Assembly (NCBI GenBank): GCA_036489375.1
Contig: DASXFX010000054.1
Span: forward strand, 210 to 64,209
Length of the DNA: 64,000 nucleotides
Direction of reading: 5' to 3'
Source of the DNA: Candidatus Binataceae bacterium
GTDB lineage: Bacteria; Desulfobacterota; Binatia; Binatales; Binataceae
Each line of letters starts with the position of its first letter. Position 1 is the stretch's first letter. Position numbers and translations under genes: made by a program. Shown here one piece after another: positions 44,739 through 52,312 of the stretch. Below the pieces are notes generated by a model. That model had not been told where the DNA came from. It made no database searches and saw only the letters and a list, made by a program, of their open reading frames with translations.

Positions 44739-45335
44739 TCAATTCTTAAAAACCTGTGCAAATTGCAGATCGGCAGCTTGCACGTCGAAATTCAGATTGT
44801 ACGACGTGAGTGCGGTCCCACTGAGGTCCTGACTCACCTGTTGAGTACCGCTCGCACCGTACTCAAACACATAGATGGTGCAGGGCAGGCTCTGTGCATG
44901 GGCGGTTAGCGAAAGATTGTAGGTGCCGGGCGCCAGCAGGAACATGTTCAGGTTCAGGTCGTAGCCGTTTTGAACGTAGTTAGGCAGCATCTTGACCGCC
45001 GCTTCACCCCCTGGGCCACTCGCGCTTGCGACCTGGAAGGCACCGCAAACCGTATTCTGCGGGTTCGACATCGTCACAAACGCCATCGCAAACGGCGGCA
45101 TCCCGTTCTGGTTCGCTTTGGCGCTGGCCAGCTCGCTCTCGAGTTTGACATGGACTTCTTTCAGGGCTTGGGCTGCCTTTGCTTCCGCAGCCTTATCCGC
45201 AGCGGAGCCGCCGACAACCTTGAAGTAGGAAGGGAATAACGCGAGGGTCAGGAAACAAAACGCCCCAAGTGCCCCCGTCAACAGGTCGAGCACCGACATG
45301 TTGAAGATATTGACCTCGCGATTGCGCGGCTTCAC
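44739..45335 (-). CDS. TolR/ExbD-like single-pass membrane protein, paralog 1
   Basis: The GTG start at 45335 overlaps the stop of the MotA/ExbB-like gene (GTGA). VKPRNREVNIFNMSVLDLLTGALGAFCFLTLALF is nearly identical to paralog 2. The longer ORF that runs to 45602 is rejected. Confidence 0.55.
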   Translation of the reverse strand: MKPRNREVNIFNMSVLDLLTGALGAFCFLTLALFPSYFKVVGGSAADKAAEAKAAQALKEVHVKLESELASAKANQNGMPPFAMAFVTMSNPQNTVCGAFQVASASGPGGEAAVKMLPNYVQNGYDLNLNMFLLAPGTYNLSLTAHAQSLPCTIYVFEYGASGTQQVSQDLSGTALTSYNLNFDVQAADLQFAQVFKN

Positions 45336-46201
45336 CGGGGTCCCTCGTACAGCCGATTGATCAGGTTGCGTAGCGTGTAAGTGCCCGCGAGATTGATCGC
45401 CGTCTCTTCCTTCTCCTGCGCGAGATACAGCACAAAGACCAGGATTGCGCTCTCCATCAGCGCGACCATCGTACAGTTGAAGCCGAGCGACAGGGCCTGC
45501 GCGATTTCGTAAATGGAGATGTTGCCGTTCTCCGGCACCAGCGCGAGCGACCCGCCCAGGCCGACCACGGTGCCGATAAATCCCACGGTCGGAATCAGCC
45601 ACGCGATGTAGCGGATCAGCCCATAGCGCAGATCGACGCGATGCTCGATCAACTCCAGGCTTGAATTCATCACCCCGACGACCTGCTCGACCGAACGGCC
45701 CGACTGGAATTGCAGGATGGACACGTCGATCAGGTACGGCAGGAATCCATGCTCGCGGCCAAACATGTGCGCAACGCGACGGCGGATTGGGGCGAGGTCA
45801 GCTTGCTGCAGCACGGTTTCCTGATCCTCGGGCAGCAGATGCATTTCGGCAAACGCGTGTTCGCTAAGCGCGGATCGCCAACGCACCCACAGTTCGCCCA
45901 GCCCGATGAAAAACAGGATGTGCTCGAGATTCTGGATCGTGAAGGGATAGGGAAAATGCGAATACTTGCTGTGATCGGTCAGAATCTCGGCGCCGTGGCT
46001 GTCTTTCGGAAAGATGATCGTAAGCGCGATGATGAACAAGACTGCCGCGCCGAGCGAGAGCAGCATCACCGTCCGCCGATCGGGCGTCGTCGAGAGTTGC
46101 TCAATCAGTCCGCTTCCGTGCGCTGCAGTAGGGGTTCGCTGTTCGATTGGGGCCTTCGGCGGAGCGGGAGGTACCGGCGCTGCCTGCGATGGTTGACTCA
46201 T
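45332..46201 (-). CDS. MotA/TolQ/ExbB-family proton channel protein
   Basis: 289 aa with TolQ-like topology: TM1 at res about 45-65, a cytoplasmic loop of about 130 aa, then IPTVGFIGTVVGLGG and IAQALSLGFNCTMVALMESAILVFVLYL, which resemble the MotA_ExbB signature. Confidence 0.7.
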   Translation of the reverse strand: MSQPSQAAPVPPAPPKAPIEQRTPTAAHGSGLIEQLSTTPDRRTVMLLSLGAAVLFIIALTIIFPKDSHGAEILTDHSKYSHFPYPFTIQNLEHILFFIGLGELWVRWRSALSEHAFAEMHLLPEDQETVLQQADLAPIRRRVAHMFGREHGFLPYLIDVSILQFQSGRSVEQVVGVMNSSLELIEHRVDLRYGLIRYIAWLIPTVGFIGTVVGLGGSLALVPENGNISIYEIAQALSLGFNCTMVALMESAILVFVLYLAQEKEETAINLAGTYTLRNLINRLYEGPR

Positions 46202-46228
46202 CTAACGTAACTCCCTCCTCGGCTTGCT

Positions 46229-46759
46229 TCATTCACCGCATACCGGGCAGCGCTGCCCGCGTGTTTTGATCGCTCCGCAATCACATCGTATCAATGCCGA
46301 TTTACCGCTGGACGCCTTCTGCGGGGGCGGCGGTCGTACAACTCCCTGCGCGGGTACTGGTGTGGGCGTCACTGCCGGAGATGGCGCCACTGCTGGAGAT
46401 GGCGCGAGGACCTGCGCCGGGGCAGAAGCGGGCGGCGCAACCGAACTCGACAACGCCTCGAAGACATCTCGCGCGGCCAGCGTCACTTCGCCGAAGCGCA
46501 GAGTGTCGGTGAGAAATATCGTTTCCTCGCCGAGTTTGAACTCGCGCCCCTGGCGCAGCAGCACGGTGCCGTTCTGGCTGCCGAGATCACGCACCAGCAT
46601 TCGATCGTTACCCAGCATCAGAATCTCGGCATGAACCCGGCTGACCGAATCGTCTGCGATAGGGATGTCGCAGGTCGTGGCGCGTCCCAAGGTGAATTTA
46701 CGTGAGCTCATAAGGCGGACTTCGCTTCGCCCCTCGAGAATACCGTGGAGTTCCCGCAT
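46229..46759 (-). CDS. FHA domain protein with C-terminal zinc ribbon
   Basis: The FHA core is FTLGRATTCDIPIADDSVSRVHAEI...GSQNGT. A Pro-rich linker follows, and the C-terminus is CDCG...CPVCGE. Confidence 0.85.
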   Translation of the reverse strand: MRELHGILEGRSEVRLMSSRKFTLGRATTCDIPIADDSVSRVHAEILMLGNDRMLVRDLGSQNGTVLLRQGREFKLGEETIFLTDTLRFGEVTLAARDVFEALSSSVAPPASAPAQVLAPSPAVAPSPAVTPTPVPAQGVVRPPPPQKASSGKSALIRCDCGAIKTRGQRCPVCGE

Positions 46760-47224
46760 CTACCCGCCTGACGGAGCGCAACCAGGCAGTTTGACGCGCA
46801 CATCGGCATCTCGCTCGCCCTGCGGGCGCAAGATGCTGCCAGACGCCGTTGCGCGCCAGTATAGCGACCCGTTGCTGTCTATTCCAATACGTGAGCTAAC
46901 GATATTAGCCAGACTGCCAATTGGCGATTGATCGTGTAGCTCTGCGAGCCATTTCGGGCAGCCGGATCGTCAGCGGCAGTCGCACCGGATATCGAGTCGC
47001 TGCAAACCATTCGATACACCGGCGAAAGATCGTCGATACTCGTCGCCAACTCAACTTGGCGGCTAACGGCAAAACTCCTTGCAAATTCGACTTCTGTCGA
47101 GGGCATACACATTGCTGGTTAGCGCTTCGCAAGACACTACTTCCGGAGTCGGCAACTATAACGGGCGGCAAAGCGCCGACTTCGAGGGTCACAGATTGCG
47201 CATTACAGAGAAGGGGAGAAAATC

Positions 47225-48154
47225 ATGGCCGATGACACAGACTCAACCGTGGATACGACAACCACCGGATCGACCGATTCGAGCGATCAGACGACCACCG
47301 ACTCCACCACGACCAACGCAAGCGACCCGACGTCGGCGGACGCGTCATCGCAAGGCTCAGGAACGCCAGCGGCGAGCGCAAACGACCCGGGTCAACCTTA
47401 TCTCTTCGTTGATCTTTACTCCGGAGACGACGGCCGACTGGTCGGGAAGCATCCAAACTGGCCGGTTCTCGCGAGCACCAGCGGCTATTTCGGAGCGATC
47501 CTGAAGGCCTGGGACGGCACGCAATTCAACGATGGAGGCTGGTTCCAGCGAAACTGGCCCGCGGTCCGTGGCGCGGGCGGTGATCGTTATGGCGACGCGT
47601 GGTTTCGCGGCGCTTACCTGTTCCTAGAATTTCTGCAGAGCGGAGCGGACCAGGCGGATGCATATTTGAAGGCGGTGGACGCGGCTGGCGGCTGGGACCG
47701 CGGCGACATCCTGCCGATCATCGACGTGGAGCAAGGGGGCGAGGGCAAGCCGGCCGCCAACGGCAAGCCGGCGGTAGCGCCTCATCCGAATCGCTCCGCG
47801 AGCAAACAGCAAGTGATCGATTGCGCGACGGCGTGCGCCAACCGAATCCGGGAATGCACCGGTCGCCGCGTGATCCTGTACGGGCGCGGAGCGATGCGCG
47901 ATCTCAGCATCAACGATCGCATGGGATGCGACCTCGTGTGGAATCCCGCATACACCGCGACGATGGTGATGCACGGCCTCGAAGCTTGGAACCTGGAGGA
48001 CGTCGTGCTGTGGCAATACTGCGGCGACGGGACGGCGGCGGTCGCCAAGCTGCCGCGTTCGGTGCCCGGATTCGGCACGTGCGACTTGAGTGTATTCGTG
48101 AAAGGCGCGCAAGCCCCGACCTTGCAAATGGTTCGCGACAACCTGCTGTCGTAG
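47225..48154 (+). CDS. GH25-family muramidase (lysozyme) with Thr/Ser/Asp-rich N-terminal tail and no signal peptide
   Basis: GH25-like motifs appear in order: FVDLYSG, RGAYLFLEF, ILPIIDVEQGG, VLWQYCGDG, CDLSVF. The N-terminal 57 aa are low complexity (about 17 Thr). A GAAGGGGAG RBS precedes the ATG. Confidence 0.75.
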   Translation: MADDTDSTVDTTTTGSTDSSDQTTTDSTTTNASDPTSADASSQGSGTPAASANDPGQPYLFVDLYSGDDGRLVGKHPNWPVLASTSGYFGAILKAWDGTQFNDGGWFQRNWPAVRGAGGDRYGDAWFRGAYLFLEFLQSGADQADAYLKAVDAAGGWDRGDILPIIDVEQGGEGKPAANGKPAVAPHPNRSASKQQVIDCATACANRIRECTGRRVILYGRGAMRDLSINDRMGCDLVWNPAYTATMVMHGLEAWNLEDVVLWQYCGDGTAAVAKLPRSVPGFGTCDLSVFVKGAQAPTLQMVRDNLLS

Positions 48155-48280
48155 ATTCGATTCGCCGATAGTGGGTCGTGGCATGTCACCCACGATGACT
48201 GTTCACCGTGCGGAGTAAGAGACTTCGCTGTGCACCCTAGACCAAGGTGGCGGCCTCAAAACGTGCGATTACGTGACGGC

Positions 48281-48309
48281 CGCGGCATCCCGATCGCAGG
48301 GATGCCGCG
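48281..48309. terminator. GC-rich perfect hairpin between convergent genes (possible terminator)
   Basis: cgcggcatccc / gatcgca / gggatgccgcg forms an 11-bp perfect stem. No clear U-tract follows on either strand. Confidence 0.3.
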
Positions 48310-48342
48310 AACGTAACGCTCACTCACGCGGTCGAACCGATC

Positions 48343-48708
48343 TCAGAATCCGAAGAAGAGATTGATACCCTGCGGCGGCGCCGAGTACTCGGGGCCCGGC
48401 GCATAATATTGGTCCGGCTCCGGCACGGAATAGTAGTTCGGTTGCGGCGCATAGTAATAATCGGTCCGCGGCGGATGGTACGCGGGTCCGCGGCCGCCGT
48501 GATTGCGGTCATCGTGATGTTGAGCGCCGCCATGATCGCCACCGCCGTGATGGTCGTCGGCGACAGCCGGCGACACCGTGAAGCAGCCGATCACTAAAGC
48601 GAACGTGGTTACCGCCACGATCCCCACTATCCTAAAGCGCACGGTCTTTTCCGGCCTTGGCGATAACTGCATGCTGCCTCTCCAACGCGGGAACGACCCC
48701 CGCTTCAC
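48343..48708 (-). CDS. small exported His/Gly- and Tyr/Pro-rich protein
   Basis: The hydrophobic N-terminus IVGIVAVTTFALVIGCF is followed by DDHHGGGDHGGAQHHDDRNHGG and YYYAPQPNYYSVPEPDQYYAPGPEY. The start is either the GTG at 48708 (GTGA overlap with the upstream stop) or the ATG at 48672. Confidence 0.5.
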   Translation of the reverse strand: MKRGSFPRWRGSMQLSPRPEKTVRFRIVGIVAVTTFALVIGCFTVSPAVADDHHGGGDHGGAQHHDDRNHGGRGPAYHPPRTDYYYAPQPNYYSVPEPDQYYAPGPEYSAPPQGINLFFGF

Positions 48709-49265
48709 TTGTTCTCCGCGGTCTGCTTGGCTGCCGAAACCCGTTCACGAGTGCGGAACAGGGAGTCCGCACTTTTCTTCTGTGCGTCCGACATGGTGTC
48801 GTAGAGCGCCTCGAAGGGCGGAATGAATTTCTTCATTCCAGCATCGTGCGCTTCGATGACCAGCTCATAGGATTTGACGAAGTCCACCGCGGTCATCGAT
48901 TGCGCGTCGGCATTGCGCTGTTTTTGAAGGTCCATCATCGCGAGCGCGTTGTTGCGCATCACTTGCGCGAGATCGTCCCATTGGGGCTTCTGCGCAGCCG
49001 TAATGTGGAGTTTCTTGTGCAGATCCCTGATGTGCGCCTCGACCGCCGCGGGCCCGGCTGATTCCGCCATTGGGGCTGCCATCGCCGTCTCTGAAGAAGC
49101 CTTGGCGAGCAGCACGGGAGCCACCGGCGACTGGTTCGCGGCGGCCTGCGGGAAATTACCTGAGGAGGCAAACAAGGGACCGGCGAGAACGAGCGCGCCG
49201 ATCATCGTCACCGCGGCGCTGGTTGCGCGGGCGCCTGGATGCTTGAAGAGGTTCATGATGTACAC
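48705..49265 (-). CDS. Spy/CpxP-like periplasmic protein (LTxxQ motifs)
   Basis: It has a signal peptide, LHITAAQKPQW and MSDAQKKSADSL LTxxQ-like motifs, and helical composition. Confidence 0.55.
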   Translation of the reverse strand: MYIMNLFKHPGARATSAAVTMIGALVLAGPLFASSGNFPQAAANQSPVAPVLLAKASSETAMAAPMAESAGPAAVEAHIRDLHKKLHITAAQKPQWDDLAQVMRNNALAMMDLQKQRNADAQSMTAVDFVKSYELVIEAHDAGMKKFIPPFEALYDTMSDAQKKSADSLFRTRERVSAAKQTAENK

Positions 49266-49566
49266 TCCTTGTCGAACTGCGATGCCTGAAACGTTGAAAC
49301 CACAATGCGGCTAAACTTCATCGCCACGCAGACTTGACTTTCCCGGATTGGAGGAATGCGGATGCGGCGAGGTCGGGTTTTTGCTACCAGCGTTAGCTTT
49401 CACACAACGCGATCGATAACTCCATCTGCATTCGCAGCGATAAGTGCTCCGCAGCACATTCGTGTATGTAATGCGACTGACTACTCAGGCAGACAGCTTC
49501 GAGCGCGTGGCACGTACGACCAGAGCGCAAGAAAAAGAACTGTGGTGCGAACCACACTGCGCGCGG

Positions 49567-49623
49567 GAAGCACTCCCGTGCAGGAAGCATCACTCGCAAA
49601 GAAGCACCGCATGTAAGAAGCAC
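49567..49623. promoter_or_regulatory. four phased GAAGCAY direct repeats in a divergent intergenic region
   Basis: gaagcac lies at 49567, gaagcat at 49584, gaagcac at 49601 and gaagcac at 49617 (spacing 17, 17 and 16 nt). The palindrome tgtggt-gcga-accaca precedes them at 49541-49556. Confidence 0.3.
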
Positions 49624-49781
49624 AAGTAGGTCGTCACGGTTGTAACGACATGATTCACCCAGGTCCCGCACATAGGTATGTATGTCGGGGAGTCTAGCGA
49701 GGTAGCGACCCGGTACGTGAGATTGCGGCAATTTTCCAAAGTGCAAGGATGACTTCCGAATTCGATAGTACGGAGTGAGCG

Positions 49782-50585
49782 ATGATTCTTGATTGGATTT
49801 ACAACAATCCAACTTGGTTGTGGGGAAGCATAGTTGTCGGGCTCTTCGCCGGGAGCGCCTGCGGCGGTCTGTGCATTTTCCATCGCCTGGTACATCTTGA
49901 GATACGCCGGACTCACAATGAACTGACCGGATTTGCGATTGCAGTGATTAGCGTCACCTATGCGGTCCTGCTGGCATTTATTGCGATCGCGACGTGGGAG
50001 TCCTTCAGCGAGGCCGGACAGATAGTCGATAGCGAGGCGGACTACGTCGGCAGCATCTATCGGGACACGCAGGGTCTGCCCCCGAGCATGGGCCAGGACA
50101 TCCGCAGCGATACCCAGGACTACGTCAACACCGTGATCGAGCAGGAGTGGCCGGTGCAGCGGACGGGGCGGACGCCGAGCCAGGGCTGGGAGCCGCTGCG
50201 CAAAATCCATAGCGCGATCGTGACGATGCGGCCGGTCAACTTGGGCGAAGCGGTGATCCAGGCCGAACTGCTGCGGACGCTGAACGAGCTGTATCGCGCT
50301 CGCGCGAGCCGGCTCTCGGCGGTCGAGGGCCATATCCCGGAAGTGATCTGGTGGATCATCTTCGTTGGCGGCGCGCTGACGACGGGCTACACCTTTCTCT
50401 TCGGCTTCCATGATTTCCGCATGCACCTGGTGTTGACCGGATCGGTGGCAGTCTCGCTGTCGCTGGTGGTGGTGCTGATCATCGCGCTCGACTGGCCATT
50501 TCGCGGCGGCGTCAGTATCTCGCCTGACGCGTTTGTAAAGGTGGAGCAATCCTGGGCAGATCTCTCGTTTCCCAAGAATCAGTGA
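49782..50585 (+). CDS. membrane protein, DUF4239-like
   Basis: 267 aa with two N-terminal and two C-terminal TM helices flanking a soluble core. The family call is from memory of this architecture. Confidence 0.5.
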   Translation: MILDWIYNNPTWLWGSIVVGLFAGSACGGLCIFHRLVHLEIRRTHNELTGFAIAVISVTYAVLLAFIAIATWESFSEAGQIVDSEADYVGSIYRDTQGLPPSMGQDIRSDTQDYVNTVIEQEWPVQRTGRTPSQGWEPLRKIHSAIVTMRPVNLGEAVIQAELLRTLNELYRARASRLSAVEGHIPEVIWWIIFVGGALTTGYTFLFGFHDFRMHLVLTGSVAVSLSLVVVLIIALDWPFRGGVSISPDAFVKVEQSWADLSFPKNQ

Positions 50586-50661
50586 TCGGAGAGCGCGGGA
50601 CGAGGACGCGGCGTGTTGGCAGTTCGACGCCGTATTTTGTAGGCTCGAACGGGTAAAGCAC

Positions 50662-51837
50662 ATGGCGAATTTCGATCTCAAAGACCGCTCCGCGGTGGTC
50701 GGGGTAGGCAATTCACAGTACGGCCGGCGCTTGATGCGCAGTCCGACCGACCTCGCGGCCGACGCTATCGCAAACGCGTTGGACGATGCGGGCCTTTCGC
50801 GCGAGGCGCTGGACGGCATGATCGTCAGCTTCGGATCGCCGATCGGGGCTGACGGCGACACGATCGCGCAGTTGCTTGGGCTGAAGCTGCGATCGTGCAA
50901 TCAGACTTGGGCGCATGGACGCTTCACCGCGAGCTGTATCCAGTGGGCAGCGATGATCGTCAACGCGGGGATGGCCGATGCGGTCGCGTGCCTGGCGGCG
51001 GTGAGCTTCTCCGGGCTGCGACGTCCGATGATGGGCGGCGCGAGCGATCGCGAGGGTGCGCGCGAGGCGGGCGGCGGGCACGGCGAAGATCCAGTTTACG
51101 GCATGACTTCGCCGGGTGCGGGCGCCGCGCTGGTGGCGCGCCGCTATTTCGATCGTTACGGCACCGACAGCCGCGCACTGGCGGCGGTGCCGATCGCCTT
51201 TCGCAAGCACGCCGCGATGAATCCCGCGGCGATTATGCGGGAACCGATGACGGTCGAAGACCATCAACGTTCGCGCTTCGTCTGCGAGCCGCTCCATCTG
51301 CTCGACTACTGCCTGATCAACGATGGCGCCGCGTGCGTGATCGTAACGACCGCGGAACGCGCCCGGGATCTGAAACGGCCGCCGGTCTATATCAGCGGGA
51401 TGCAAGGGCTGCCGGGCGGTCATGAGGAATTCATCTGGGCCTATCCCGGATTCGGGGTAGTGCAGCAGCCGGTGTTCGAGTATGAGGCCGGGTTGCAGCC
51501 GGTGTACCAGATGGCGGGAGTGACGCCGAAGGAAATCGACGCGCTGTTCACCTACGACGCCTTCTCGATCCTGCCGTGGATCGCGCTGGAGCGCTTCGGC
51601 TTCTGCAAGCCGGGGGAGGCAGCAGCGTTCACCCAGGACGGCCGGATCGAAGTCGGCGGCGAATTGCCAATCAACACCAACGGCGGCTTGCTTTCGGAAG
51701 CGCATATCATGGGCTGGAACCATCAGGTGGAGGTCGTGCGGCAGTTGCGCGGCGAATGCGGGCCGCGGCAGGTGAAGGACGCGGAGGTTATTCAGTGGGC
51801 GAATGCGTATGGCGACTCGCTGATTTACCACAAGTAG
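50662..51837 (+). CDS. thiolase-like protein (SCP-x/lipid-transfer-type thiolase)
   Basis: 391 aa, with the N-terminal RSAVVGVGNSQYGRR and the C-terminal NTNGGLLSEAHIMGWNHQVEVVRQLRGE. Confidence 0.85.
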   Translation: MANFDLKDRSAVVGVGNSQYGRRLMRSPTDLAADAIANALDDAGLSREALDGMIVSFGSPIGADGDTIAQLLGLKLRSCNQTWAHGRFTASCIQWAAMIVNAGMADAVACLAAVSFSGLRRPMMGGASDREGAREAGGGHGEDPVYGMTSPGAGAALVARRYFDRYGTDSRALAAVPIAFRKHAAMNPAAIMREPMTVEDHQRSRFVCEPLHLLDYCLINDGAACVIVTTAERARDLKRPPVYISGMQGLPGGHEEFIWAYPGFGVVQQPVFEYEAGLQPVYQMAGVTPKEIDALFTYDAFSILPWIALERFGFCKPGEAAAFTQDGRIEVGGELPINTNGGLLSEAHIMGWNHQVEVVRQLRGECGPRQVKDAEVIQWANAYGDSLIYHK

Positions 51838-52312
51838 CGGACCTCGCAGGCGGTGACGGGTGGGCGAGCGTGAAACGTACATGCTGCGGTTCGCGGCTGG
51901 CGTGGCGGTCGTGTCGGGGCTCGCGATGATGGCGATCGACCCAAGCCTGGTGAGCGTGTCGGGCCTCGCGATCGTCTCGATGTTGGTGAACTTGGCGATC
52001 GGTAAGCGGCCAGAGATCGAGGAAGGCTGGCTTCTGGGAAGGCTGGAGTTGGGTTCGTTTGGACAAAAGCAGATTTCGCGGCGGGCCGTTGTGACCGGAA
52101 TTTGAGTGGGGTGATTGCGGACCTGACAAGCTCAAGCAGGATCGGATATTGCCACTCTGTAGAGTTGCGTTGAGTAGCATCATGCAACTGAATGTAGCAC
52201 GAATTCGGCGGAACGCGAAATTTTTATAGTCAGGGTGAGGGCTGAAGCCCGCGAACGATAGCGGCGGGCGAAAACTTCGGGCGGCGGGTATGGCCCGAGG
52301 CGAGGAACATCG

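Noticed and set aside
44739-45602. 287-aa version of the TolR-like paralog 1 ORF
   Set aside because: The upstream 89 codons overlap the 3' end of the MotA/ExbB-like gene. The protein aligns with paralog 2 only from the GTG at 45335, which forms a GTGA coupling site with the upstream stop.
40903-46759. Interpretation of the FHA/PP2C/STK genes as a type VI secretion (Fha1/PppA/PpkA) regulatory module, or of the MotA-like gene as a Zorya anti-phage system
   Set aside because: The window contains no Tss core genes (TssB/C, Hcp, VgrG, TssM/L, ClpV). The MotA-like protein is short (289 aa) and lacks the long ZorA tail. The partners lack a peptidoglycan-binding domain, and there are no ZorC/D/E-like genes. 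Neither known system fits, which is why the cassette is reported as unassigned.
49590-50900. 436-aa minus-strand ORF, and the similar long antisense ORFs 50713-51882, 52558-53874, 55136-56077, 55698-56726, 59379-60551, 59408-61006, 60822-61919, 32988-33986 and 36138-37070
   Set aside because: Each overlaps a motif-supported gene on the opposite strand or in another frame and has Arg/Pro/His-rich low-information composition. These are stop-codon-poor artefacts of GC-rich DNA.
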